Shown here: positions 20,813 to 31,740 of the stretch, in pieces | How positions within the stretch are numbered: the stretch's first letter is position 1 | How the letters are laid out: each line of letters starts with the position of its first letter | IMG/VR virus record: IMGVR_UViG_3300034683_000333 | DNA: 64,000 nt | Strand: one strand, 5' to 3' | DNA from: a virus | Translations under genes and position numbers: made by a program | The notes under the pieces: model-generated | Seen by the model: only the letters and a program-made list of their open reading frames with translations | What the model was told of the DNA's origin: nothing | Database searches by the model: none

Positions 20813-21692
20813 TTTCTCCTAACAGGCTTAAATCAACAGTTTTTGTCAATAAAAATAAACTCTACAAATCACGTAGCACTCCACTGTTCCACAAAACGTA
20901 GTCACAAAGACGACGACACACATCCACATAACACATTTTGATTAGCTTGTCAACATCTTCGCAACCTAAACGATCTCTATATAAATCTTTAATATGATAA
21001 CAAATTATACTATCAAAATTGGTTTGATGCCTTTTGATTATGTCATCATAAAATGAGAAGATCCATCCCGATAAAATATCGTGAATACTTACGTCGGTTT
21101 TAGTATATAAACCCACAGGATTCACATGATAAAAACCAAAGAAATCATTCATACAAACAATAAGCTCAATTGTTTTATAGAATGCCAACTTATCGGCAAC
21201 GTCACTTATATATGTAAATTGAAATCCACGTTTCAACTAAAATGGTATTGATTTATATTTTGTTAATACAATTAAAAAATTGGAAAGATTTGTCTTATAC
21301 TTTTGCTCCACAACATAGAAAAACAACCACTCCACAAAATTAAGTAATATTGTGCCAAAACCATAATTTCTAAGCTCAAAATCATACACACTCATATCTA
21401 TTAAATATAGTGTCAGACAAGAAAATTGATCATGATAGAATGCTTTTGCTATTAATGAAAATAATTTATTATTTATCATAAAAGTGATAATATCATTACC
21501 ATTATCTTTTATTGAACTAAACCTGATATTTCCACATGACAAAAATAAACTGTCACAAATAGACGAAACATCACCGTATCCACATCGACGTAAATACGCA
21601 TAAACATCACTATTTGAAAGTATATTACATTTACAAAATGAATGTATACTTGAAGTTAAGTCTTTAATGTTATCGTTCTCAAAATATGTCAT
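20790..21692 (-). CDS. GNAT-family acetyltransferase-domain protein (TAG readthrough)
   Basis: Motif A RNYGFGTILL and motif B SIPF*LKRGF, which spans TAG 21237. A second TAG at 20862 may be a stop or sense. Confidence 0.7.
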
Positions 21693-21883
21693 TTACCTGG
21701 TTTACCCCAGTAAAGGGCCTTTCTTATTTCCTTTAAGTCTGCAATAATCAAATCAACTTTATCTTCAAACCTACTCTCACGCATGAAATCTTTATGGGCA
21801 TAATCTAATAAGCTCTGAATTTTTTCATAACTAGACCTTACAAGTTTTGTATATACATCAATTTTATTTATGAAATTATCCAT
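21689..21883 (-). CDS. Small hypothetical protein
   Basis: ATGA overlap with the next gene. Confidence 0.6.
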   Translation of the reverse strand: MDNFINKIDVYTKLVRSSYEKIQSLLDYAHKDFMRESRFEDKVDLIIADLKEIRKALYWGKPGK

Positions 21884-22038
21884 GTAATTACAAAATTTTT
21901 TATATAAATACTACAGCCACGCACAAATAATCACGAGAACAGCAATCGATACGGGCAGATTGTTTGTAATCAACTAATTTATTGTATTTGCTATTAAAGC
22001 GTCCATTCGCCACTCCAATAGAAAGGATTCTAAACATC

Positions 22039-22662
22039 ATGAATTCCTATATCTTTTACTTCGACTATCTCTTTAAAAATTAGTTGTTTAACTATCTTCA
22101 AACTGAAGTATTAAATCTCAAACTAGTATATGATCCATATTCTGATAACACACTTAATCCATTGGATAAAACACTTACAGACGACATCAATGAAGCATCC
22201 AATGACGACTGGATCTATGTAAAAAACATCGATTTTTTCAATGCAGTAAAAACATCCTACGATTATCCGATTATCATTGTACCGGAATTCATTACATCGG
22301 CAAACACACAAAATTTTCGAATCCTCAATTATTCAATCAACATTGACTACAACCCCATTTATACACATAAGGAATCACTTGCGTTAGCCAACTCGATTTT
22401 GAACCTGTGGGATATACCATTGGATGGGACAAGATATTGTCTTATCGGAACTGAATTTAGACTATGGGACTTCTTCGATGACGATCCAGACTCCACACTT
22501 CTGGAAAATATCGGCGAACTCAAGTGCATTATGTTCACAAAACCATCCGTCAAGAAAACGCCAACCGGACAGGCAAACTATCTTAGATATGTAATTGACT
22601 TATCATTTTTATTGTTACTTAACGTGGATGCAACACTTATTGGATCGTGTATCCAAGTTTAA
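22039..22662 (+). CDS. Hypothetical protein (1 TAG)
   Basis: AAAGGA RBS, ATG 22039, TAG 22081. Confidence 0.72.
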
Positions 22663-22663
22663 G

Positions 22664-24085
22664 TTACAATTTTACATTATTTACAGTGAAATGAATCGTC
22701 ATGTTCGTTGCACCACCGTAAGAAGGATCTTTAGCATAATATGAAAATTGGGGGAGAAGATTTTGAGAACCCATCACATCTGATTCAAAACAAAAAATAA
22801 ATACAATCCGATTGATTTCCGACATAATCTGAAGAACTTCCAATCCACTGAATGTATGATCTAAATTCCAAATAACAGTTTTATCATTCCAGACGATTTC
22901 ACGTTGTTCGTTAAACGAAATCCTCGATACCACATCGGACAAAAGATCGAACGCAACGTTTCTCTACTTAAGGTTGGGAGAAACATGTTCCGTGCCCGAC
23001 ACCAATTTGAGAACCGATGAAAAAATTCCAATTTGGGCATTTTCCAACACCCGATGATGAACCAGTGCCACGGCCAGGCGTAACCACTGAGAAACCGTCG
23101 TCTCGTCAAAGCCGTAATGAAACGTCAAAGCGGACCACAACCAATCTCCGTAGGGAATGGGATACCCACTCAACCACTCTTCGGATCTGCTGGAAATCGT
23201 GTTGAAGACCACGAGATTTCGCCGCCCCAAAATCTGAAAGGCCATGGTTGGAACCACTACGTGGGAAGCGGGAAGAAATGAATTGCTATCAAATGTAAAA
23301 TCCCATTTTTCCAAGCCAGGAACAAACCCCGATAAACCCCTCCATTGATAGGCCAAAACATCCGTTTGGTCACCAACCGTTCTATCCAGGGTAGTAGCAT
23401 CATGGGAAATCACCCGACGAACCAGGGGGACATTCATCGTGAAATCACCCAACAATCCCGTCACATCCAACTAGATCGTGGAATCGGGTGAAAGCCAAAA
23501 GATGGTGTCATCAACGGCCTGAAAAACAAACGTGAAAAGATCCGTCCACACGGGAGCGTGGAACGTAAAATCGGATGAAGTCACATCCTCGGCAAACGAA
23601 GTAAACATATTCTTGATAATTTGTGGATTATATCGGTAATTAAAATATTTACTATCATTAAAACAGCAAAGAACACGAACCCTGTCGATATACTTAAAAA
23701 ACTTTTCCTGTAACTGATTTGTTGAACGAATTGTATCTGTCTGAGATTTAAGTTCAATCTGTCTACGAAAGCGTTTTTTACTAAATGGTATATAAATCAA
23801 AAATTCGTTGAGCTTTTCCCTTAGTTCATCAACCGATGCTGTTAAAAGTTCAGTAACATCAGAATAATATGTATTAAATCTAATCGGCTGACTCTGAATA
23901 AGAGCTTCTTCAACAGGTCGATCATCAAAAAAGACGGTCGTCCCATCGAGAACAACCGTCTCAAACAAGCGATGGCGTGAGAGTATATCCTGAAAACAAC
24001 GATCCACTAAATGTTTCCAGTTATTTTGAATCAACGACAAGTCCTAATAGATTTGTTTCTTCGATTTGAAATTTTGTAAAATCAT
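22664..24085 (-). CDS. 473-aa hypothetical protein (3 TAGs)
   Basis: TAG at 24044, 23471 and 22964 joins three track ORFs. Confidence 0.8.
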
Positions 24086-24134
24086 GTAAATATCCCCATT
24101 TTTTATGTTTTTACATATCAAAAAATTAGTGCTT

Positions 24135-24797
24135 TTATTTTGCTACACTTGATGGAGTGGGAAGGGGATAAAGACCAAACGTAATATAAACCAATGAATC
24201 ATTCAGCGACTTAGCAACAGCCTGGATGAATACATCTTCGTTGTCACCCCCCACATGGAAATTCACAATGCGATTCTCACTCCCATAAATCCTTGCAATT
24301 TCTGGATGCACCTTCGTGGGATGAGCGACGTAACGAGTCAGAAACTCGATAGCCCGAACGAGACTTAGAAAATGCACCGTTGCATTGGAATACGTTGCCA
24401 CGGCGAAATTAAGCTTTCTGGCTGGTGTGTCCAATGGGGGTTCGTTGTAAAAAGCGAGTGGAAAACTCGCAACAATTTTATCATTGGAATTCCCAACCAC
24501 TTGAACGATTTTCTGCTTATTTTCATAACCCAAATAGAATGCATCTTCTTCCTGAATCGATCGAATAAACCTCTCGCTATAAAGCGTACTCGCCGGTGGA
24601 ATCACAATGCTGGAATTATTTAGAAACCCGACACTTCCACGATAAAACGATTTGTGCCATTCCAGCTTCAAAAACAAATCTTCACCGGGATAAACGTAAC
24701 GAAAATGATCATCCACAAGACCAATGGCGCAATGACACACACCAAAGGTCATGTGGGCATCCATCACGATTTTAGGCACATGAAATAAATATCCCAT
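24135..24797 (-). CDS. Hypothetical protein
   Basis: 220-aa ORF with an AAGGA RBS. Confidence 0.7.
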   Translation of the reverse strand: MGYLFHVPKIVMDAHMTFGVCHCAIGLVDDHFRYVYPGEDLFLKLEWHKSFYRGSVGFLNNSSIVIPPASTLYSERFIRSIQEEDAFYLGYENKQKIVQVVGNSNDKIVASFPLAFYNEPPLDTPARKLNFAVATYSNATVHFLSLVRAIEFLTRYVAHPTKVHPEIARIYGSENRIVNFHVGGDNEDVFIQAVAKSLNDSLVYITFGLYPLPTPSSVAK

Positions 24798-24800
24798 TTT

Positions 24801-26060
24801 TCATCCTTCAATTTTTTCACCGAAAATCAAGGATTTAATTGTTTCAAACTCTTCCCCAAACTCCATGAACGCAAGATATCTCGCAAAAGCTGATAACTCA
24901 TCTTCCGTAATGGAGTCAATGTGCTTTTTTATTTGTTTCGTTTTATCGTTCGAATTTCTAATATCGTTCACGAACTCGGTAACTTTTGGTAGAATCACAT
25001 TGGTTCGTGCCACAATCTCATCGACTTCCAAAGCCTCCTCATCAGATTTTTCATCCTTTGTCTTTGTAAGCTTGAAAACACTGTTGATTTTCGGCTTCGA
25101 TGCGTGGAACAAATCATTTTCAATTTCGTGGATCACCAACTCCAAAAGAGCACTCACGTTTTTGGGCTTCACTTCTCCATTGTCAATTTCAAAGCGCAAA
25201 TTCACGATTCGAGTAAACAGCGAATCAACGCCCAAATTCGATTCAAAGACAACGTTTTCATTTTCATCCAGCAACCGAATTTGAGTATTGAGATTTATAA
25301 TATCGCTAAAAACTCTTTCCAAATTTTCCTTGATTTCGGTTTCCGTCTCACCACGGATGATCTGATAAACTTTGTAATATGGAATCTCAAGAAAGAATAC
25401 CTTCCCAGTTTCCTCATCAATCAAAGAAACGTAACATCCAAGCCGCTCGTCATTAAACGATTCGGCTTTCATGGCACCGATAATATAATAATTTTTCTTT
25501 TGATTAAATGTGTACTTATGCAAATGACCTGAAATAATTGGTACATCAGAGCTAAAGTGTTTGCTCAAATACTCCACGGTAACTTCATCATTACCAAATA
25601 CGTCCCTCGTTCCAGCGTGGGCCAAAACAACCTTTACGCCTTCATCGAGAATCGACAAATCAAGATTTTCCTTGTTGTAGTAATGGGGAAGATAAAGTAT
25701 TCCATTTTCAACTGTCGGAACACTAATAATATCATCGTGGAAATAGCGAAGGATGTTATTTTTTTCCCCATCAATCGTGGAATACTTATCATGATTTCCA
25801 ATGATGATCTTAATGTCTTTTGTTTCAGAAAACGTGGATTTCAAAAACTGAATAAAATCGTTAAAATACACAACCTTTCGATAGGTTATGTATTCGCAAT
25901 CCATAACATCACCAAGTAGGGTTATCCTATCAATCGATAAGTTGCCGTTGAAAAATTTATCCTTTAGTTCATCAAGAACGTACTTCAAGTGTTCCATCTG
26001 AATACTATATCGATCATTTATTTCATTTGTTAAATGGAGATCACCAATTATTAAATTCAT
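24801..26060 (-). CDS. Mre11 / SbcD-like metallophosphoesterase nuclease (T4 gp47-like)
   Basis: IGDLH, LGD, GNHD, AH and SGHLH. Confidence 0.85.
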   Translation of the reverse strand: MNLIIGDLHLTNEINDRYSIQMEHLKYVLDELKDKFFNGNLSIDRITLLGDVMDCEYITYRKVVYFNDFIQFLKSTFSETKDIKIIIGNHDKYSTIDGEKNNILRYFHDDIISVPTVENGILYLPHYYNKENLDLSILDEGVKVVLAHAGTRDVFGNDEVTVEYLSKHFSSDVPIISGHLHKYTFNQKKNYYIIGAMKAESFNDERLGCYVSLIDEETGKVFFLEIPYYKVYQIIRGETETEIKENLERVFSDIINLNTQIRLLDENENVVFESNLGVDSLFTRIVNLRFEIDNGEVKPKNVSALLELVIHEIENDLFHASKPKINSVFKLTKTKDEKSDEEALEVDEIVARTNVILPKVTEFVNDIRNSNDKTKQIKKHIDSITEDELSAFARYLAFMEFGEEFETIKSLIFGEKIEG

Positions 26061-26137
26061 GTTGCACTCCAAAGTTTAATGTAAATGCTTGTCATACAAA
26101 AAAATCAGAATGGGGGATTATTGTCCCCCACTCAGCT

Positions 26138-26716
26138 TTAAAAATATTGTTCGATGGCCTTTTGTTGAATTTTTTTGTATTCCGCTTCAACGATTCTCAC
26201 AAACTCGTGAATAAGAATTTGGTGCATTTCCTGAACAAATTGGGTATTGTCCGATTTCACATGAAAAACATGGGTAGCAGATTCGGCAAGAGGAGTTTCT
26301 TCATTCATTCCACCAACAAATGCAACTCGGATGATGTGAGGATATCCTTTCACACTATTAAATGCTTTTACAACGTTTGCTGATTTGCCACTTGTGGAAA
26401 AACCAATGATTGTAGAACTAATGTCCACAAATGCAAGTGCTTGGCGTGCGAATACATTTTCATAACCATAATCATTGGAAATAGCAGTCATCACAGCAAT
26501 GTCAGAATTAAGACAGATTGCAGGAAGAGGATCACGATCACGAAAACAACGACCCACTAATTCAGCCACAAGATGTTGTGCATGTGTGGCGCTTCCTCCA
26601 TTACCACAAGCCAACACTGCAAATCCACGATCGAATCCACGGGCAATGTGCAATGCTACGTTTTCCATAATTTTTTCATCAACATCCACAGTCTTCATAA
26701 TTTCGTAAATGTTCAT
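26138..26716 (-). CDS. gmhA: Sedoheptulose-7-phosphate isomerase
   Basis: CGNGGSATHAQHLVAELVGR, TAISNDYGYENVFARQ, STSGKSANV and VQEMH. Confidence 0.93.
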   Translation of the reverse strand: MNIYEIMKTVDVDEKIMENVALHIARGFDRGFAVLACGNGGSATHAQHLVAELVGRCFRDRDPLPAICLNSDIAVMTAISNDYGYENVFARQALAFVDISSTIIGFSTSGKSANVVKAFNSVKGYPHIIRVAFVGGMNEETPLAESATHVFHVKSDNTQFVQEMHQILIHEFVRIVEAEYKKIQQKAIEQYF

Positions 26717-26745
26717 AGGCACCTCCTGTTTTATGGTTCGCACAA

Positions 26746-26774
26746 AATATACTTTATGAGACAGGAAATGTCAA
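26746..26774 (-). promoter_or_regulatory. Sigma70-type promoter for the gmhA operon
   Basis: TTGACA-17-TATATT. Confidence 0.7.
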
Positions 26775-26855
26775 CGAAAAATTTACCGGGTGTTAAAAAG
26801 CGACCGGCATCCATTTAACATGTAAACAACAATGATGAATGTGATTAAATAGCTA

Positions 26856-26884
26856 TTGACATTGTTCAATAACTGTGATATAAC
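26856..26884 (+). promoter_or_regulatory. Sigma70-type promoter
   Basis: TTGACA-17-TATAAC with a TG extension. Confidence 0.75.
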
Positions 26885-26916
26885 ATAATTACAAAACAAG
26901 ATTGAAGGAGGACACC

Positions 26917-27423
26917 ATGGACATTGAACAAATCGCAGAAAAAAAGATTGTGAAATTCATTTATGAAAATTCCAAGGGAGAAGTCGCCGAATTTGTGATC
27001 AATACCCGAATCCCGTTCGGTGCCGTCGCCAAACGGGATAAGCGTTGGTTCGAAAAAAATCTTGAAAAAATCTCGGATCATCTCAAAAAGCACTACCCCA
27101 AGGTCGCAGAAAAGGCCGTCCTGGATGTTGGTGGGCGCTTTCAACCCAAAACATACGATCCCGATGCCAAGCGGAAGGGACCCGTTTATGTGAACGTGGC
27201 ACCTGGTATCTCCATGCTGAAGGACAAACCAGAACAGCTTTATCTTTCGGGTTATGTCGTAAAGAAAAAGGTTTTGAAAAAGGGTGAATACAAACCCGTC
27301 AAAAGCCGAGAACTTACCCTAGCAAAGCGGGAAATTGAAAATGAATTTAAAACAAATAGGTTTCGAAAATTTAAGATTGATTCGATAAAGGAGTTTTTAG
27401 ATGAAACAAAAGAAGCGGCGTAG
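26917..27423 (+). CDS. Basic hypothetical protein ending on TAG
   Basis: AAGGAGG RBS. TAG is followed 4 codons later by TAA, then the hairpin GAGGCGGC..GCCGCCTC. Confidence 0.8.
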   Translation: MDIEQIAEKKIVKFIYENSKGEVAEFVINTRIPFGAVAKRDKRWFEKNLEKISDHLKKHYPKVAEKAVLDVGGRFQPKTYDPDAKRKGPVYVNVAPGISMLKDKPEQLYLSGYVVKKKVLKKGEYKPVKSRELTLAKREIENEFKTNRFRKFKIDSIKEFLDETKEAA

Positions 27424-27534
27424 ACCGATAGCTAACGTGAGGCGGCTTCTTCCCAGCCGCCTCAAAACAAAAACAATCCAAGACAAAAAAAAGTACACCC
27501 GAAAAGAAAAACACAAAAAAAGATCGGGAGAAGG

Positions 27535-27762
27535 TTAGACAAATTCTCCCGATCTCTTTTTACAATATTCAAAAAACGTGCATTCCGAATCTTCGCACGA
27601 ATTCCAATGAAGAAAACAAACCCTACCTTTTTGAATCCTTACATACTAAACGAAACAATCTAAGCACAGACCACTAGTGTACGATTCATTATCTAACAAC
27701 TCTAGATTTTCTTCTTCGTTAAACTAAAACTTACCGCATCGGATACAGTGATTTAGCAACAA
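27535..27762 (-). CDS. 75-aa Cys-rich (Zn-binding) protein, 2 TAGs, missed by the track
   Basis: GAGG RBS with a TTG start. CIRCGKF*F..SGLCLDCFV*Y..C..C..C..C. Confidence 0.65.
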
Positions 27763-27803
27763 TTAAACCTCGTCTAATTTAAGTTTCACACGAACAGGAA
27801 CAA

Positions 27804-28091
27804 TCATTGGATTTTTCCTAATTTTTTCCATTTTTCGACACTGTAGCTTTCCAGATCGAGCATGGCTTCGTCTTTTGTTCTGAAAAATCCACGCAAGAGA
27901 CGCTTTGTATAGGTGTTAAATAGACCCCATCCACTCAATTCAGTTTCGGGAGTCGGACTAGGCTCATCAAACACCTGGTGAGGAAGCTCCAACTCCTCTT
28001 CCGTCCAGTACCCTCTGAATGCATCCGCATCCGTTGTGTTGAAACTCAAACGAGATTCATCGTAACCACAAGAATGCGTTTCAGTTTTCAC
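27804..28091 (-). CDS. Hypothetical protein
   Basis: 95-aa ORF. Confidence 0.55.
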   Translation of the reverse strand: MKTETHSCGYDESRLSFNTTDADAFRGYWTEEELELPHQVFDEPSPTPETELSGWGLFNTYTKRLLRGFFRTKDEAMLDLESYSVEKWKKLGKIQ

Positions 28092-28236
28092 ATTTCGATT
28101 CCCAATACCAGAAGACCTTTAGAAACCAACAACCCTCATAATCTCCTCCCACGTTGATGATACAAATAACAAAGAAACACCCATACAATAACACTTATTT
28201 CAAAAAATCAACCATTAAACACAAGATGAAACACGA

Positions 28237-30027
28237 TTACGCAATTTGTAACTCACGCAACACACGATCCACCTCCAAAACCATTTTCCGCACCGTTTGT
28301 GAAGATCGGTGAGAAAAGTTAACCATCCAGTGCGGCTTGGTGTTATAAAGCAAGGTTCGTTCCCTTTCCAATGATCGATCAATGATTTTTTCCTATTCCC
28401 CCAGATTATCCGTATAGACATGATTCCTTTGGTCTTCCCAATCCTTTGCAAACTTTGATAAGGCTTCTTTTACCTTTGTTTTCTTATCATCACTTAATTT
28501 TGGAAATTTTTCTGCAATATCAGTAATTTTCCTGTAAATATCAGAAAACTTTTTAACAGGTAGAGTTTGCTACACATTGACCATATCGACATCTGGAACA
28601 GTACCCTCAAACTTATCTGGATGTTGTGAAATAAATGATCCAATCAATCCTTTATGATATGCATTATCTCCATAAATATTCATATTTTCATAGTTCCTGA
28701 ATCCCATAGTTTCTGGATGCTATGTTAAAGATACCCTTGCATCCTTTTCACCATCTTTATTTGTCGTATACATAACAAAATCGTTTGTTTTATGGGACAA
28801 TGCACTTCCAACAACATTTATGTTATCTATAGTTATATTAACTTCCATATTTCCAGTCTCTATATCCTTCTGTAACAATGACTGACAGGAAGGAACATGT
28901 TTATCTGGTGACATAGTTAATATATTCAAAGGATTTTTGCTAACATATATCTTATTCGATGTTCCTGCACCACTTTTTTCGTTAAATCGTTGTCCAAAAT
29001 ATCCGGCCAGTGATTTCAGTTCTTTGTTCAGTTCTTCAAACTTAGAAATCTTCGTACCACTATTAAGAAGTAAGGTTAGATGGGTACCAACAGAAGCCGC
29101 ATCCACCTTCTTCATATGTGAACGCAATTGGCGGATTTCATCCTTCGACGCATCGGGAAGATCCGATTCAAGTCGGGAAAACTCTTTCATTAGTTCTTTT
29201 CGCATAGCCTCACCGTCGCCAACATAGATACCACCTAAATCTTCCCGATAAAATTTGTCAAATTTTTGCCGATCAAATGACAAAAAAACATCGGGGGAAA
29301 TTCCCTCATTCCAGTTGGCAATATTGCTGGAAATGATTGTTTGGGCAACGCCCTTGGAAAATTTGTTGGGATCGTCTCGGAAGGCGGAAATAAGCTGGTC
29401 AAAAAGTCCGTCGGATGAAACAAACGAAGCTTGTCCATGGGTAAGCCCCAATTCTGTAACCGTGCTCAAAAAATTCTGAATACGCTCAACGAGCTTTTCG
29501 TTTTCTCTAAGAGCATGTAATTGGGTATCAGCACCATCATAATCAAACGAAAACGTAAATGGATCTTCCCGTGTGGTCTTAACCCCAAGCGCCTTTCGAA
29601 ACTCGGCCTCAAGCCCGTCCACAAATTGAATATTTCGGTCCACGTTCCCTTTTTTCAATATTTCGCTAAAAAACTGGCGTTTGTCAAACCTTAAAGTTTC
29701 CACACCGAAAAATTCACGATCCCAGCCGTCGAAAATCTCCTGGAATATGCCCTCTCGACTCAGGGTTTCCCGATCCACTCCATGACCGCTTCCGAATAGA
29801 TCCATGACAGCACTTTCCAGATCGGAATCTGTGATGGAATCCTTTAATCTTTCTCCATCAAAAAATTTCTCATGAAGTTCCTTATGGTTTTGTTTCTATT
29901 TTCCAACGGGCGTCAATTCAGTATCTACTCGTTTTTCACCTTCTCTTGTGTAACCCCGAACCTGACGCCCTTTACGTAGGTGGGGTTTTACTAGGATTTG
30001 TTGTTTAACTTTAGGTCCGATCGCCAC
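28237..30027 (-). CDS. 596-aa hypothetical protein (4 TAGs) with a basic N-terminus
   Basis: GGAG RBS with GTG 30027. Frame open to TAA 28237 except for TAG at about 29896, 28720, 28570 and 28393. Confidence 0.8.
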
Positions 30028-30088
30028 ATTAAATCTCCATATTCAATGTTTTTATGAAATTAGTGGCAATCATAAAATGGAGATGAGA

Positions 30089-30165
30089 TGGACCCCGTGG
30101 CAGGATTCGAACCCGCACCCAACGGATTTAGAGTCCGTCGCTCTAACCAATTGAGCTACACGGGG
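30089..30165 (-). tRNA. Amber suppressor tRNA, anticodon CUA, CCA encoded
   Basis: CCCCGTG TA GCTC AATTGGTTA GAGC G ACGGA CT-CTA-AA TCCGT TGGGT GCGGG TTCGAAT CCTGC CACGGGG T CCA forms a canonical cloverleaf. Confidence 0.96.
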
Positions 30166-30251
30166 TCATTTATCTATATATCAATTTTATGTTGAACCTC
30201 TCCCACTTACGCTTCGCTAAGAAGTGGGAGATTCTTGAGAAGTTTGGTAGA

Positions 30252-31493
30252 TTACACTACCCTTATTCTCAAAGGGTGGTTCAAACACCCATTATCCCTC
30301 GCAACTTGTATTGCTCTGGGAATGCCTTTGATATATTTTCTTAATATATTCAATGCCCCATTTACGTCAGCATTAATTAACATACCATTGTTTGTTTTAA
30401 AAAGACCTCTCGTTATTCTTCTTGACTTATTGTAATTAGCTTTATTTATTTCTTCTAAATCTATTGCACTACACCCACTTGTATAAGATTCATTAATCAT
30501 TACTACCTTTAACCCTACCAACTCTGCCTTATATTTTATTTTATTGACTAATTCTTGTTGTGGTATTTGCACAAAACTCTTAGCGAAATTCTCTTGTTTA
30601 ATTCCTCTAATATCACCTATAACTATTGTATTACAATTCATTGTAAGTGCTAATTCTACTATTTTTTTACTTATTTTGTGTAATTTATCTTTAATATAAT
30701 CATTTCTTTTCTTTTGTAATTTTATTATTTTCTTTGTTCTTTTAAAATTTTTGCTATCATTACATTGTTTCATAGCAATAGAAGTTAATCTTGCTATTTC
30801 TTTATTGTAATAAGCATTTTTACTTTTTAAATGCTTACCACTAAAAATAATACATTGTTCATTATCTTTAAATACACAAGTTGCAAGATTATCTAATCCT
30901 AAATCAATTGCCATTACATTATCACCAGTTACTTTATTTATAATTTCATTTTCCCATATTATTAGTAAATACCATCTTTTAGAAGAATTATTCCATTGTA
31001 ATTTAATTTGATTAATCCTCGATAAATTCACAGGTATTTTGACATTCTTCATGTCAAAATTTAAACTTTGAACCTGAAACTTATCTTGTATTGCCTTTGA
31101 TAATGATAGCTTTAATATACCATTTTTATACCTTATCCCTGCTGTTGTAAATATTATCTCGTTCTTTTTATTATTTGTATTCTTAAACTTTGGTGGTTTA
31201 GGCAATCCTAAATATTTATTTGGATTTTTCTTATAATCTTTTATTGAAGCAAAATAAGATTTCCAATCCTGTTCTAACATCTTCAAACACCATTGATAAG
31301 TGTGCGAATGTAGAAATTGTGTATGATAATTTTGCTTATATAACTTTTCAGTTTCATAATAGTTTTTAAAACCATTTTCTCTATTTTCATAGTTTGCTAT
31401 GTTATATAGCTTTGTTGTATGATATGATAATTCTTCTATAATATTTTGTTGTAATTGATTTAATTTAGGATAGTATTTAAAACTTACTTTCAT
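30252..31493 (-). CDS. tnpB: TnpB nuclease (clade lacking the Zn finger)
   Basis: AIDLGLDNL, INESYTS and INADVNGALNI. Confidence 0.9.
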   Translation of the reverse strand: MKVSFKYYPKLNQLQQNIIEELSYHTTKLYNIANYENRENGFKNYYETEKLYKQNYHTQFLHSHTYQWCLKMLEQDWKSYFASIKDYKKNPNKYLGLPKPPKFKNTNNKKNEIIFTTAGIRYKNGILKLSLSKAIQDKFQVQSLNFDMKNVKIPVNLSRINQIKLQWNNSSKRWYLLIIWENEIINKVTGDNVMAIDLGLDNLATCVFKDNEQCIIFSGKHLKSKNAYYNKEIARLTSIAMKQCNDSKNFKRTKKIIKLQKKRNDYIKDKLHKISKKIVELALTMNCNTIVIGDIRGIKQENFAKSFVQIPQQELVNKIKYKAELVGLKVVMINESYTSGCSAIDLEEINKANYNKSRRITRGLFKTNNGMLINADVNGALNILRKYIKGIPRAIQVARDNGCLNHPLRIRVV

Positions 31494-31515
31494 ATTTTCA
31501 CCTCCTTTTAGTTTT

Positions 31516-31566
31516 ATTATATCATAATGTTATCACCTTGTCAACTATGTTTTTTTATGATATAAT
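31516..31566. promoter_or_regulatory. Overlapping divergent sigma70 promoters of the IS
   Basis: Minus strand TTGACA-17-TATAAT (31544-31516). Plus strand TTGTCA-17-TATAAT (31538-31566). Confidence 0.7.
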
Positions 31567-31584
31567 ATATTTGGGGGTGATAAT

Positions 31585-31740
31585 ATGGCTATTTCAAAGG
31601 ATAATACAAGGACTCTTATTACTATTCCAAAAGAGTTAAAAAAACAACTAGAAGAAATTGCTAAGCAAGATAATAGAAGTTTTAATAATTTAGTGGTCAA
31701 AATTCTAAAAGACTATGTTAGCAATTCATCTCCCACCTAA
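31585..31740 (+). CDS. Ribbon-helix-helix (Arc / CopG-like) protein, 51 aa, below the track cutoff
   Basis: MAISKDNTRTLITIPKELKKQLEEIAKQDNRSFNNLVVKILKDY. Confidence 0.85.
   Translation: MAISKDNTRTLITIPKELKKQLEEIAKQDNRSFNNLVVKILKDYVSNSSPT

Noticed and set aside
30089-30165. Pyrrolysine tRNA
   Set aside because: It has a canonical 5-bp anticodon stem, a GG-containing D loop, TTC in the T loop and a 5-nt variable loop. No pylS or pylBCD was seen.
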